Numbered from the stretch's first letter, positions 1-11,290 are shown. The stretch is 64,000 nt of DNA from Rebecca billardiae RCC1528 (GCA_965240325.2 OZ251242.1:62001-126000); one strand, 5' to 3'. Notes: generated by a model from the sequence alone, not told the origin. Numbers and translations: made by a program.

Positions 1-3000
1 GCGCCGCGTCGACGCGTCCGCGCCGCTCGAGGTGGACGCCTCGGCCTCGCGCGACCCAAACGTGCCGCCTGCGGGTGCGGGGGGCTCGCACCTGGTCTGG
101 GCGTGGGACGTGCGGCGCGCGAGCGCGCCCGCGGGCGCGGGCGGCGGCGGCGTCTCCGCGCTGGGCCCGCCGCTCGCGCTGCCCAACGGCTCGCGCACCG
201 CCTCTCCCGTGCTCCGCCTCCCGGGCGGCGCGCTCGGCGTCGGCTGGTACGTCGCGTCGGTCACGCTCAGCGCGCCTGGCCTCCCGCCCGCGCGCGCCTC
301 GGTGGCGGTGGAGGTGGTGAACGGGACGGGCGGGCCGCCGCTGCCGACGCTCTCGCTCGCGCACCTCGGCGGCGCCGCCTCCAACCCGGACTGGCACGCG
401 CTCGCGCCCAGCTCGGGGCGCGTCGTGCTGCAGGCGAGCCTCGACGCCGCCTCGCGCGCGCGCGCCGCGCGCGGCGAGGAGTCGTTCGCCTTCGAGTGGC
501 GCGCGTACACGCTGGGCGCGGGCGGCGCGCGGCTGGGCGCCGGGCTCGAGCTCGCGGACGCGGGCGGCGTGACGACGACGGGCGCGGCGCTGCCCACGCT
601 CGCCTTCCGCCCGGGCGCCCTCTCCGGCGGCGAGACGTACGTCTTTGAGCTCACCGTGCGCGGCTCAGCCTCGCGCGAGGCGCGCGCGGCCGTGCGCGTG
701 CGCGTCAACCTGCCGCCGTACGGCGGCGGGCTGGCGGTGCGGCCGGCGGCGGGCGAGGCGCTGACCACGCAGTTCGAGTGCGAGGCGGCGGGCTGGCTCG
801 ACGACGTGGAGGACGGCGCGGACGCGCTGCCCCTCAGCTACGCGTACGCGCACGCGCTCGCGGTCGACGACGACGGCGGCGACGACGGCGGCGACGACGC
901 GCCCGGCGGCGGCGGCGCGCCGTCGCAGGCGCTCGGCCGCGGCGGCGCGGGCGTGGCGGTGCTGCGCGGCGTGCGGCTGCCGGGCGGGAACCGCACGCTC
1001 ACGGTCGTCGTGTCCGACGCGTGGGGCGGCGCGGCGTCGGCGCGCGCGCCCGTGGCCGTGCGCCCGCCGCCGCCGAGCGCCGCGCTCGGCGTAGCGCTGC
1101 GCGCGCTCGCGCAGCCGGGCGGCGGCCCGGTGCCGCCGCCGCTGCTCGGAGGCGGCGCCGCCGTCGCGAACGCGAGCACCGTCGCCGAGCTGGTCGCGGC
1201 GTACGGCGCGCTGCTCGACGAGGCGCGCGCGGCGGTCGCGCGCGCGGACGCGCCCGACGCGAAGCGGCTCGTCGGCCTGTTGGGCTGGCTGCTGCAGTAC
1301 GCGGGCGCGCTCGGCGCGCTCGCGCGCGCGGGCGGCGACGTGTCGGATCTGGGCGGGCTGGTGGTGGCGCTGCTGAACGTGACGGCGGGCGCGGCGGCGG
1401 TCGCGCCGCCGACGGCGGAGGCGCGCGCGCAGTGGGCCGCGGCGCTCGTCGCCGCGCTCGGCGGGCTCGGCGGCGCCGCGCTGCCGTGCGCCGCGCGCGC
1501 GTCCGCGCTCGCGCAGGCGGCGCAGCTCGTCGACGGCGCCGCGGCCGACGCGTCCGGCCTCGACGAGCCCACCGGACGCCTCGCCTTCTCCGCGCTCGGC
1601 GCGGCGCTCGCCGGCGCGGCCGTGGCGTGCGGCGTGGACGGCGCCGCGGCGCTCGAGGCGGCGGGCGCGGACGGCGCGGCGGCGCTCGCGCGCGCGCTGC
1701 TCGCGCGCGCGGCGCCGTCCGAGCCGGCGCTGGCCCTCGTGTCTGCGCCGCTCAACCTGACGGCCGCGCGGCTGCACGCGCCCACGCAGCTCGCGCTGCC
1801 GCTGTGGCTGCCCGGCGCGGGCGGCGCGGGCGGGATGCTCACGCCGCCCGCGCTCGCCGCCGCGCTCTCGCCGAGCGGCGCGCTGCTCGCCGTCGACGTG
1901 GTGCTCCTCTCCGCTGGCGCGAGCGCGCGCACGGCTGGCGCGCTCGGCGGCGGCGGCGCCTCTGCAGACGGCGTGGAGGGCGGCGCGCTCGCGTTGGGTA
2001 CCAACGGCTCGGCGGGCTCGCTCGTGCAGCGGCCGCTCGCCACGTCGGCCTTCAGCGTCACCCTCTTCGACGGCGGCGGCGGCGCGGCCGCGCTCTCGCT
2101 CGACGAGGCGGCGCTGGCGGGCGCGGCGGGCGCGAGCGCGGGCGCGGCGCTCAACGTGAGCGCGCTGCCAGAGCCGATCATCCTTGGGCTGCCGCCGCTG
2201 CCCGAGGGGCCTCTGCCCGGCGCCAACGCCTCGGCCGCGCAGTGCCACTACCTGGACGAGGGCGCGGGCGCGTGGCGCACGGACGGCGTGGCCGCCACGC
2301 CCGCGCCGCCCGAGCTCGCGGCCTTGTCGGTGGCCGTGTCAGGGTCTGTAAGTGTGTCCGCGTCTGTGTCTGTGCAGCTCTTCTGCGGCAGTACGCACCT
2401 CACGCAGTTTGCGGGGCTGGCGCCGGCGCTCGGAGGCGGCGGCGGCGACGGCGGCGGCGGCGGCGGCGGGGCGAACGGCACCGAGCCCGACGCGGGCGGC
2501 CCCGGCGCGCAGGGCGGCGCCGCCTTCGCCGTCGGCGCGGGCGCGCAGTCGTCCGTGCTCACGCCCGCGCTGCCCGCGGGCCGCACCCAGATTTTACCCG
2601 TCGTCTACTCACTCGGGGGCGCGTACGCGCTCGCGCTGCTGCTCGCGCTCGGCGCGGAGCGGAGGCGGCGGCGCGAGTGGGAGCGGTGGCGCCGCGCGGC
2701 GCTGGGCGCCGTCTCGCCCGCCGACGCGGAGCGCCGCTCGCCGCCGCCGACGACGGCGGCGGCGGCCGCAGGCGCCAAGCTCGGGGGCGGCGCCGGCCGC
2801 GTGCTGGGGGTCAGCCGCGCCGCGCGCAGGCCGGCCGCCGCCGACGGCGGCGGCGGCGTGGGCGCCAAGGGCCCGGTGTCGTGCCGCCGCGCGGCCTCGG
2901 CCGCCTCCTCCGGCCCCTCCTCCCCCTCCGAGGCCACCGCCGCCTCCTCCTTCGCCAACGAGCAGGGCTGGTCGTGGGCCAAGCCGCCGCCGGCCGGGCT

Positions 3001-6000
3001 GGCCGCGGCCGCGCTCGCGCGGCGCGAGCGGCGCGCGGCCGTCTCGTCCTCGCCCGCGTCGTCGTCCGCCGAGCGCGACTCGGGCGACACGGACGAGCCG
3101 GGCGCGGAGGGCGGCGGCGGCGGCGCGGCCCTCGGCGCCGCCGAGCACCCCGCCGCCGCCGGCCGCGGCCCGCGCTGGGGCTGGTGGGCGGACGAGCACC
3201 CGCTGGGTCAGCTGCTCCGATGGCAGCTCGCGCGGCCGGTGCCGCCGTGCGCGCAGCTCGTGCACGAGGCGTTCGGCGCGGCCGCGCTGCAGCTCGCGGC
3301 GAGCTGCGCGCTGCACGGTGGCGGCGGCGTCGCGCGGCTGCTCGGGCTGCGCGGCGGCGCGCCCGCCGTCGCGGCCGCGCCGCTGCTGCTGCGCGCCGCG
3401 CTGTGCGCCGCGCCCGCCGCGCCCGCGCGCGCCGCGCTCGGCCGCGTGTGGGCCCTTGCCGCCGCGGGCGCGCGCCGCTCGACCGGCGCGCGGCTGCAGC
3501 GCGCGCTGCGCGCGCTGCTGGACGCGCAGCAGCACGGCGAGGGCGGCGGTGGCGCCGGCGGTGGCGCGCTCGGCCGCGTCGCCGCCGCGGCCAAGCCCAA
3601 CGCCTCGACGGGCGGCGGCGGCGCGCCGCACGGTCCGCAGCCGAGTGCTGACAGCCGCAGCGGCGGCCGCTCGGCCGCCGCCGCGCGCGCCGCGCGCATG
3701 TCGCGCATCCGGGAGGAGCTTGGAGCGGGCTCCGCCTCGCTGCGCGCCTCGCCCGCGGGCGGCGCCGCGCCGGGCGGGCCGCTCGCCGTGGCGGGCCCGG
3801 AGTCGCCGCTCTCGCCGCGCGCGCCCGGCAGCGGCGAGCGCGTCGTGCCGCTGGACAGCGCTGCGCCCAAGCGGTGTGGCGGCGGCGGGCGCGGCTCCGT
3901 GTCCTCCGTCTCCTCCGAGTGCTCGGACGGCTCAGAGGCCGCCGCCGCCGCCGCGTGGGGGAAGGAGGCGGAGGCGCGCGGCGTGCTCTCGCCGCCCGGG
4001 GCGCGCGGCGCGGGGCGGGTGGTGCCGACGGGCACGGCGGGCTCGCGCGCGCGCAAGCCGAGCAGACCGGGCCCGCCCGCCGACGCGTCCGCGGAGCCGG
4101 GCGCGGCGGCGGCGCCGCCGTCGCTGGGCGCGGCGCTTCGGCTGCGCGTCTCGTCGGGCGAGGGCTCGCAGCGTGCGTCGCTCGCGCCCTCGCCGCGCGG
4201 CATGCTGATGGCGCCGTGGACGCCCAGCCCGGGCGCGGAGCGGGCGCAGCGCCCCGCCTCGCTGCACGCGGCCGAGGCGGAGGCGGAGGCCGAGGCGGCA
4301 GCGGAGGCGCCGCCGCGCGTTGCACGCGCCGCACGCGCCGCGCCCGCCGCCGCGCCCGCGCGCGAGGCGCGCAAGGGCGCGCGGCGCGGCAGCGGCGGCG
4401 GCGCGTGGACGGAGGAGCGCAAGGAGGCGGCCGCGCGCACGGTGGCCGCGCTGCTCAGCGCGGCGCGCGCCTCCGACGCCGACGGCGGCAGCGTGCGGCA
4501 CGACGTCAGCGTGTCGATGCGCGTGCGCACCGCGGGCACACGCCCCGCGCGCGCCTCCGCGCTGCACACCGCGCCGTTCGGGCTGGTGGAGCCCGCGCCC
4601 GGCCCGCCCAGCATCGTGCGCCCCGCGCCCGCGGCGGCGCCGCAGCCGGCGCCCACGGTCGCGGCGGCCTTGGCGGCGGCGCGCGCGGCCCACGCCCAGC
4701 CGGCCCGCGCGCCGCCGCCGCCGCCCGCCACGCCGCCCGCCGCGCCCGCTGCCGCCGCCGCCGCCGCGCCCCAGCACGACGCGGGCGGCTGCGCGCTGCA
4801 CGTGCCGGGCACGGCGGTGAGCGGCCGCGGCATCGTGGCGCCGATGCAGCGGCGGCTGCAGCTGCCCGAGCGCTGCAGCGACGACGACGACGACGACGAC
4901 GACGAGGAGGAGGCGGGCGCGCGCGGCGACGGCGGCTCGGAGGGCGGCGGCGGCGGCGGCGTGCTAGCCGCGCTGCGGCGCACGCCGCCCTTCGCCTCGC
5001 CCTGGGCCACGTCCGCCGAGCCCTCGCCCTTCCGCCGGCCGCGCACCTCGCTCGAGGCCGCCGTCGGGATCCGCGCGCCGCGCAGCAGCATGGAGCCCAG
5101 CGCCGCGCCGCCCGACGGCGGCTGGCGCCGCCGCCGCCCCTCGGCGGAAGAGCTGGGCGTGCCGCGCGGTGGCTGGCGGCGCGCGCGGCCGAGCGCAGAG
5201 GCGGGCGGAGCCGGCGCCCCGCGCCCGCATGCGGGCGCGGCGGGCGCGGCGGCGGCGGCGGCGGCGGCCGCGCTCGTCGCGCCCGCGCGTGCGCACGCCG
5301 CCTCCTCCTCCGCCTCCTCCGCCTCCTCCGAGGACGACGAGTTCCGCGTGGGCGACGACGCGCGCCAAGACGCACACGGCGGCGCGGACGCGGAGGCGGC
5401 GGAGGAGGCGGAGGCGGCGGCGGAGGCGGAGGAGGCGGAGGAGACGGAGGGGGACACGTTCGACGAGGAGGGCGGGCCGGGCGCCGCGGTCGGCGTGCCG
5501 CCGAGGCCGAGGCCGCGCGTCGGCGCGTGCGCCGCCACAGCGCCCTCCTCCTTCTCCCGACGCGCCGCCGCGCGCGCCGCCCCCTCCGGCGCGTGTCGCA
5601 CTGCGTCCAACTCCTTCTCACGCCATCAGCCGGGCCAGTGCGCCGACGCGTGCCTGCTGCCAGAGCGGCCCGAGAGCTCGCGGCCCGCGAGCGTCGCGCT
5701 GCCGCCGCGCGCGAGCGAGGGCACGGCGGCGCGCAGCAGCAACGGCAGCGCGCCGCGCTCGTCGGGGGCGGGCAAGACGCGCCGTGCCACGTTTGCAGAC
5801 GAGCACGGCGAGCAGGGCGGCGGCGCGGCCGCGCCTGCGCCCTCGGCGGCGGCTGCGGCTGCGCAGCCCGCCGCGTCGCGCGCGCGCGCGAGCCACACCG
5901 CCGCGCTTGCGGATGGCGGCGGTGGCGGCGCGGGTGACGACGGCGGCGGCGGTGCTGGCCGCGCGAGCAGCGGCGGCCGCGACAGCAGCTTTGGGCTTGG

Positions 6001-9000
6001 CAGCAGCTTTGGGCGCGAGCGCGCGCCCCTGCCGACGCCGGAGCTGCCGTCCTCGCTGCCGCCGGTGCCGACCGCCACGCGCTCACGCCGCACCACGGAA
6101 GTGGGCGACGGAGGCGGCGGCGGCGGCGGTGCGGGTGCCGATCGCGCGAGCAGCGTCGGCCGCGGCAGCAGCTTTGGCGGCGGCAGCAGCTCGGGGCGCG
6201 AGCGCGTGCCGGCGGCTCCCGGCCGCAGCGCGTGGGCACCACCGCCTCTGGCCGGACTGGGCGCGGAGTGCAGCGGCGCGTGGGCGCCCCCGGCCGCGCG
6301 CTCGAGGGTGGAGCCCGAGCTGGGGCAGCCGCAGCCGCAGCAGCCGCAGCGCTCGCCCTCGCCGCAGAAGAAGCCCCGGAAGAAGAGGCAGCAGCAGGCA
6401 CAGCAGCAGGCGGCGGCGGCGCCGACGGCAGCGGCAGCCTGCGCGGAGGAGGGCGCGCCGAGCGCCGCGCCCGCGCGGAAGCCGCGCCGCTCCCGCCCGT
6501 CCGGCCCCCATCACCCCCCCGACGCGCCCCGCTGGACCACCGACCCGCCCGACGGCCCGACCGAGCACGCGTGGCTGCAGAGCGTCAGCGGCGCGGGTGG
6601 CGGCGACGACGGCCCGCCGCACGACGGCGCTGCGGCGGAGCGCGCCGCCGAGCGCGTCGTCCGTCTGGAGCGCCGCAGGGCGCTGCGCCCGGCCTCGGCG
6701 CGGCCCGCCGAGGGCGCGCGCGACGACGGCCCGCCGCCGCCCTCGCCCGAGCCCAACGCCGGCCGGCTGGCGCGCGCGCGCGAGCTCGCCGCCGCCGAGC
6801 GCGAGACGACGGCCGCCGCCGCGTCCGCCCAGCCCGGCGGCGCGCCGGCGCGCGCACCCGCCGCCGCCGGCTCGGCCGCCGCGATGCGGAATGCGCGGCC
6901 GCGCTCCGCCGCGCCGCCGCGCGGCTCGCGCGGCCTGCTCGTCGAGACGGCGGGCGGCGGCGCCGAGCAGCCGCCGCTGCTCTCGCCCAGCGCCGCGGCC
7001 AACCTCTCGCCGCCGCCGCGGCCGCCGCCGGCCGCCGCCGCTTCCGCGCGCGCCTCGGGCTCGTCGTTCAGCGCGCGGCCGCGCCCCGCGACCGCCTCGC
7101 GCTCGCGCTCGGCCGCGCCGCCGCGCGGCGCGCTCGCGCTCTTCGCGGAGGCGGCGGACGGCGAGCGGCCGCCGCTGCTCTCGCCCGGCGCCGCGGCGAG
7201 CCTGACGCCGCTGCCGCACCCGCCGCCGCGCCACGGCCGCCGCGCCGCGTGGGGCACCGACCACGGCGCCGCCGAAGCGGGCGGCGAGAGCGCGCCGCCC
7301 TCGCCGCCGCCCTCGCCGCCCGCCGCGCGCCCGCCGCCGCGCGCGACGCCGCCCGCGCCGCCCACGGCGCTCGCGCTGCTCGACGCGCCGGTGCGGGCGG
7401 GCCGCGCGCAGCTGCCGCCGCTCTCCGCCTTCGCGGGCGCGGCGCTGCCGCCGCTGCCCGCCGCCGCGCCGCCGGGCGGCGCGCAGCCAGCCGCGGGCGC
7501 GCCGCCGCCCGCGGCCGAGCGCGCCGCCGCCGTGCTTGCGCCGTTCGCGCCGTCACAGCCCGCGCGTTCGCGCGTCGCGCCGCCGCCGCCGCCCGGCGCC
7601 GCGCTCCTCGCCGACGGCGCCGTCCCGGCCGACGCGGACGACTCCGACTCCGGCGGCGAAGGCGCGCGCCCGCCCGTGCGCCGCTCCGCCACGCTTCGCT
7701 CGAGCATCTCCGAGGCGACCAGCTCGGACCTCACCTCTGACGCGGCTGAGCTGGGCGGCGGCAGCGGGCGGCGCGCGTCCGCGGCCGCGCTCGCGGCCGC
7801 GGACGACTCCGACTCCGACAGCGACGCGGCGGACGCGGCCGCGACCGCCGCGGTGCACGAGGAGTTTGGCTCCGGCTCCGCCGAGGAGGGCAGCGCCGGC
7901 GGGCGGCCGTCCGGCGGCGGGCGCGAGTCGCGCCGCGGCAGCAACGGCTCGCGCCGCGGCAGCAGCGGCAGCAGCGGCCGCGCGCGGCACTCGCGCCGCG
8001 AGCGCGGCCCCGCCGCCGCGCCGTCGGTGCGCTTTGCGCCCGGCAGCGCGCCGCCGCAGCCCGCCGCCGCCGCCGCCGCCGCCGCGCGGGCGCGCGGCCC
8101 CCGCGGCCTGTCCGTCCAGACGTCGCGGCGCGGCGCCGAGCAGCCGCCGCTCCTCTCGCCCAGCGCAGCGGCCAAGCTCTCGCCGCCACCGCCGCGGCCG
8201 CCGCCGCCGCGCGCCGCGGGGCGCGGCCAGGTGTCGCCCGTGCGCCGTGGGCCTCCGCCGCCCGTGGCGGTCGCGGGCGCGCCCTCGCCCGGCCGGCGCG
8301 GCCCCGGCTTCGCGTCGGGCGCCGCGCCCTCGCCCGGCCGCGGCGGCCCCGCCGGCTTTGCGGCCGGCGGCGCCGTCTCGCCCGGCCGCGCGCGCTGCAC
8401 GCCGCCGATGGCGCGGCCGACGCCGCGCCCGCCTCGCCCGTCGGAGGAGCGCGGCTCGAGCAGCGGGCGCGGCGCGCGCGCCGCGGTGCTCGGCGCCGCG
8501 CGCCTGCTGCGCGCCGCGCGCCGCGCCGCCGCGCCGGAGGCGGCCGCCCCCGCCGCCTCCCCGCCGCTGCGCATCACCGCGCTGCCGCCGGGCGCGCGCG
8601 GCGCGCAGCTGCTGGGGCTGCGGCACGTCGTGCGCCTGTACGGCGCGGGCGGCACGGGGGACGGAGAGCTGCGCGCAGGCTCGCTGCGCGCGCTGATGGC
8701 GGACGTGCACGACCCGATCACCGAGGTGGAGGAGCGCCGGCTGCTGCGCGCGATCGGCGTGCCGCGCGGCGCGGCGCGGCCGGGCGCGCACGCGCTCGCG
8801 CTGCAGCGCTGGTACGGCCGAGCGCGCCTCGTGGAGGGCGTGGAGGCGGCGTGCGCGCGCTGGCTGCCCGCGCCGCCGCACCGCGCGCCGCTCGCGTGGG
8901 TCGCCTCGCTCGCCGCCTTCGCCGCGATGTGCCTCCTCGCCGTCGTCTCCGCGGGGCCGCTCGACTCCGAGCAGCTGTGGGGTGCGCTGGGCGCGTGGGC

Positions 9001-9091
9001 GCTCAGCCTGGGTGTGGCGCACGGCGTGGCCGAGCCGCTGTGGGCGGCGCTGGCGAAGGCGTGCCGCCGCGGCTGGAGCGCGCTGCGCTGA
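1..9091 (+). CDS. Polycystin-1/PKDREJ-like membrane protein (REJ + GPS, ~5 TM, very long low-complexity loop); 5' end lies outside the window
   Basis: Frame is open from the window edge to TGA at 9089-9091. REJ-like segments (L.F.PGALSGGETYVFELTV, VNLPPYGGGL.V.P..GEALTTQF, PLSY.Y, VVVSDAWG). GPS motif CHYLDE...W.TDG...C...HLTQFA at ~2243-2413, followed by a TM helix. PKD1-like HPL...W motif at ~3195. Two terminal hydrophobic helices ending in EPLW. Confidence 0.75.
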   Translation, partial: RRVDASAPLEVDASASRDPNVPPAGAGGSHLVWAWDVRRASAPAGAGGGGVSALGPPLALPNGSRTASPVLRLPGGALGVGWYVASVTLSAPGLPPARASVAVEVVNGTGGPPLPTLSLAHLGGAASNPDWHALAPSSGRVVLQASLDAASRARAARGEESFAFEWRAYTLGAGGARLGAGLELADAGGVTTTGAALPTLAFRPGALSGGETYVFELTVRGSASREARAAVRVRVNLPPYGGGLAVRPAAGEALTTQFECEAAGWLDDVEDGADALPLSYAYAHALAVDDDGGDDGGDDAPGGGGAPSQALGRGGAGVAVLRGVRLPGGNRTLTVVVSDAWGGAASARAPVAVRPPPPSAALGVALRALAQPGGGPVPPPLLGGGAAVANASTVAELVAAYGALLDEARAAVARADAPDAKRLVGLLGWLLQYAGALGALARAGGDVSDLGGLVVALLNVTAGAAAVAPPTAEARAQWAAALVAALGGLGGAALPCAARASALAQAAQLVDGAAADASGLDEPTGRLAFSALGAALAGAAVACGVDGAAALEAAGADGAAALARALLARAAPSEPALALVSAPLNLTAARLHAPTQLALPLWLPGAGGAGGMLTPPALAAALSPSGALLAVDVVLLSAGASARTAGALGGGGASADGVEGGALALGTNGSAGSLVQRPLATSAFSVTLFDGGGGAAALSLDEAALAGAAGASAGAALNVSALPEPIILGLPPLPEGPLPGANASAAQCHYLDEGAGAWRTDGVAATPAPPELAALSVAVSGSVSVSASVSVQLFCGSTHLTQFAGLAPALGGGGGDGGGGGGGANGTEPDAGGPGAQGGAAFAVGAGAQSSVLTPALPAGRTQILPVVYSLGGAYALALLLALGAERRRRREWERWRRAALGAVSPADAERRSPPPTTAAAAAGAKLGGGAGRVLGVSRAARRPAAADGGGGVGAKGPVSCRRAASAASSGPSSPSEATAASSFANEQGWSWAKPPPAGLAAAALARRERRAAVSSSPASSSAERDSGDTDEPGAEGGGGGAALGAAEHPAAAGRGPRWGWWADEHPLGQLLRWQLARPVPPCAQLVHEAFGAAALQLAASCALHGGGGVARLLGLRGGAPAVAAAPLLLRAALCAAPAAPARAALGRVWALAAAGARRSTGARLQRALRALLDAQQHGEGGGGAGGGALGRVAAAAKPNASTGGGGAPHGPQPSADSRSGGRSAAAARAARMSRIREELGAGSASLRASPAGGAAPGGPLAVAGPESPLSPRAPGSGERVVPLDSAAPKRCGGGGRGSVSSVSSECSDGSEAAAAAAWGKEAEARGVLSPPGARGAGRVVPTGTAGSRARKPSRPGPPADASAEPGAAAAPPSLGAALRLRVSSGEGSQRASLAPSPRGMLMAPWTPSPGAERAQRPASLHAAEAEAEAEAAAEAPPRVARAARAAPAAAPAREARKGARRGSGGGAWTEERKEAAARTVAALLSAARASDADGGSVRHDVSVSMRVRTAGTRPARASALHTAPFGLVEPAPGPPSIVRPAPAAAPQPAPTVAAALAAARAAHAQPARAPPPPPATPPAAPAAAAAAAPQHDAGGCALHVPGTAVSGRGIVAPMQRRLQLPERCSDDDDDDDDEEEAGARGDGGSEGGGGGGVLAALRRTPPFASPWATSAEPSPFRRPRTSLEAAVGIRAPRSSMEPSAAPPDGGWRRRRPSAEELGVPRGGWRRARPSAEAGGAGAPRPHAGAAGAAAAAAAAALVAPARAHAASSSASSASSEDDEFRVGDDARQDAHGGADAEAAEEAEAAAEAEEAEETEGDTFDEEGGPGAAVGVPPRPRPRVGACAATAPSSFSRRAAARAAPSGACRTASNSFSRHQPGQCADACLLPERPESSRPASVALPPRASEGTAARSSNGSAPRSSGAGKTRRATFADEHGEQGGGAAAPAPSAAAAAAQPAASRARASHTAALADGGGGGAGDDGGGGAGRASSGGRDSSFGLGSSFGRERAPLPTPELPSSLPPVPTATRSRRTTEVGDGGGGGGGAGADRASSVGRGSSFGGGSSSGRERVPAAPGRSAWAPPPLAGLGAECSGAWAPPAARSRVEPELGQPQPQQPQRSPSPQKKPRKKRQQQAQQQAAAAPTAAAACAEEGAPSAAPARKPRRSRPSGPHHPPDAPRWTTDPPDGPTEHAWLQSVSGAGGGDDGPPHDGAAAERAAERVVRLERRRALRPASARPAEGARDDGPPPPSPEPNAGRLARARELAAAERETTAAAASAQPGGAPARAPAAAGSAAAMRNARPRSAAPPRGSRGLLVETAGGGAEQPPLLSPSAAANLSPPPRPPPAAAASARASGSSFSARPRPATASRSRSAAPPRGALALFAEAADGERPPLLSPGAAASLTPLPHPPPRHGRRAAWGTDHGAAEAGGESAPPSPPPSPPAARPPPRATPPAPPTALALLDAPVRAGRAQLPPLSAFAGAALPPLPAAAPPGGAQPAAGAPPPAAERAAAVLAPFAPSQPARSRVAPPPPPGAALLADGAVPADADDSDSGGEGARPPVRRSATLRSSISEATSSDLTSDAAELGGGSGRRASAAALAAADDSDSDSDAADAAATAAVHEEFGSGSAEEGSAGGRPSGGGRESRRGSNGSRRGSSGSSGRARHSRRERGPAAAPSVRFAPGSAPPQPAAAAAAAARARGPRGLSVQTSRRGAEQPPLLSPSAAAKLSPPPPRPPPPRAAGRGQVSPVRRGPPPPVAVAGAPSPGRRGPGFASGAAPSPGRGGPAGFAAGGAVSPGRARCTPPMARPTPRPPRPSEERGSSSGRGARAAVLGAARLLRAARRAAAPEAAAPAASPPLRITALPPGARGAQLLGLRHVVRLYGAGGTGDGELRAGSLRALMADVHDPITEVEERRLLRAIGVPRGAARPGAHALALQRWYGRARLVEGVEAACARWLPAPPHRAPLAWVASLAAFAAMCLLAVVSAGPLDSEQLWGALGAWALSLGVAHGVAEPLWAALAKACRRGWSALR

Positions 9092-9907
9092 GGCCGCGGG
9101 CGGCGGCACTTTGCCTCCGCGTCCGCGTCGTCCGAGTCGCGCGCTGCTGAGTCCCGCCGAGCAGCTGAGCTGCCATCGTCAGCCGAGTGATGCCGCCGCT
9201 CATTCAACAGACGAACAGTCGCGTACTACGGAAGTCGGTCGTCGCTCGTCATTTGACGACGACTGCTTCATCTATAGTAGTACGTACGGAGAGTACTGCC
9301 ACGACGACTACCAGCATCGGTAGAGTATAGCGCGCGCTATACGCCACTGCTACCCGCGCGTTTTCCCGCGCGCCCGTGGACGACACACGACGAGCAGCCC
9401 GCCGGGCTGGCCGGCGGGGCCGGCGCGCAGCAGCCGCCATCTTGCTGACGGCGTCACTCGTACAGGTCGCTGCTTCAACTTTCGGACCCGATTGCTGTTC
9501 ACTTTTTGTGCACGATGGCGGCGGCGCCCCCGGGGGTCTGCGGCGCTCGAGATCGCGTCTGGCGGCACCCCCAGGGTGTGCCTGAGGTACAACCCAGCGG
9601 GTATGTACCATTTAGACGACTTTGTTCCACTACCATGTGCCCCACGGACGCCACGAGGTCCACGACGGGGCCGCCGACGGCATGCTTCAACTTTCAGACC
9701 CGCGGGCTCTCACTCAGACTCTCAGCGCGCGCGCCGAGTCAGAGCCGCTGTCTGGTGAGCCGTGTGAGTCGGGCTAACGGCATCATGCACTCTAGATACC
9801 ACATACATGCAGCAGACCACCTCAGGGATTCACTAGGCTTCCGCGCCACCGCCAGCCGGCGCTGCGGCTGCGCGGCCAGCACGGTCGACGACGACAGCTC
9901 ATACTAG

Positions 9908-11290
9908 TCATACTGACGCGGCGGTGCCCGGCGCGGCCGGCGCCGGCGCCGACTGCTTGCGAGCTTCCGAGCACTCGGCCTTCTTGCACAGCCACCCTCG
10001 GAGATCGATCTTCTGGCACGTCGGGCAGCGTCTCGCCTTCGCCATCGGGCAGGGCGACACGCCGCACGAGCAGGTCTGGTGACAGCGGTCGAAGCTCGCC
10101 TCGAGCTCAGCAGCAGCTGCCTCCGCCTCCGCCTTCTTCCGCGCACGCTCGGATGCGGCCGCCGCCTTGCGCGCCGCCTCGGCCTCCTTCTGCGCGGTCT
10201 GCGCGGCCTTCTGCGTGTTGATCTCACGCAACGACCACGAGCCGTTTTGGCTGTCGAGCCGCGTGTTGTCCGGCTTCGGCGCGGCGAGCTCCACGGCGGG
10301 CACTGGAAGGACACCGAGCTGGTCTGCGAGCTCACCCGGGTCGAACCTCACCGCCTTGCGCACCGCGGCGAGCTCGGCGTCGTGCTCATCACGCTCGCGC
10401 ACGAGCTTGGCGGCCTGGCGGCCGGAGTACTCCTTGGCGAGCTCGAGCTTGGCGCGGAGGGCTGGAGCAGTGTTCGAGCGCATCCCCGCAGGCGTGGCTG
10501 TGAACGCACTAAACGTAGGTGATGCGTGCGCGCCAGAGGGCTCGCCGTCGTCGGCCGAGCGCGCAGCCCCGCGCTCCGGAGTGCTTGGCGCCGCTGCCGG
10601 CGCCGCCGCCGCGAGCGACGCGGCATCGGCCTCCTCCTCTTGCCGCCTGCGCTCCGCCTTCGCCTGTGCGGCATCGAGACGATCCACGAAGTCCTTCCTG
10701 TTGATCTGGTCCGGGTCCAACACGTTGCCCGTGATGCCCACCTTGCGCCACGCGTTGATGATGTCAAAGGTGTCACACCACGAGAACCACGCACCCGGCG
10801 TGGACAGCTCCTCACAGCCGCCGAGGATCTGGAGGAACTCGCGGAGGCCGATCGTGGGCTCCTTGCCGTAGCTCGCCGTGTACGCGTGCTTGAAAGACGC
10901 CAGGCCCTTCTGGTATTGCGAGTGGAACTTGTGGTTGTACTGATCGAGAGCCTTCACGGTGCGTGCGGCCGCGCGAGGGCGGAGAGGTGATTGTGCGCGC
11001 GTCGCGCGCGCGCGCCGGGCCGATTGCACGCCAGGTACACCCGGGGCACGCGCGCGCGCCGGAGAGGCGCTGCAGCCGTCCGCGCGCACGGGCGCCTACC
11101 TGTAGGAAGTGCGACGTGTTCGGCTCCTCGGTGAAGATGCGGATGCCGAACTCGGACTCAGCAGTGCCGAGGGCTGCGAGCACGTCCTCCGTGTACCGCG
11201 ACGAGTGGTTGTCGAGCAACAGCACGATCGGGAAGGCGATGGGCTCCAGCCCCGCAGCCACCAGAGCTGCGTTGAGGTCACCAGACGCGC
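9908..11290 (-). mobile_element. Truncated pogo/Tigger-like DDE_1 transposase remnant with one intron (11099-10952) and a C-terminal Cys-rich tail
   Basis: IVLLLDNHSSR and EPNTSHFLQ|ALDQ match the DDE_1 motifs LLxDxHxSH and PNTxxxLQPLD once a GT...AG intron is removed. IINAWRKVGI is typical of the family. The N-terminal HTH domains and first catalytic Asp are absent, and no TIRs were found. Confidence 0.65.

Noticed and set aside
2348-2377. Possible 30-nt in-frame micro-intron (GTAAGT...TGCAG) inside the GPS region
   Set aside because: It is far shorter than the other introns here (all ~100 nt or more) and is not needed for the frame, so it cannot be supported without RNA data.
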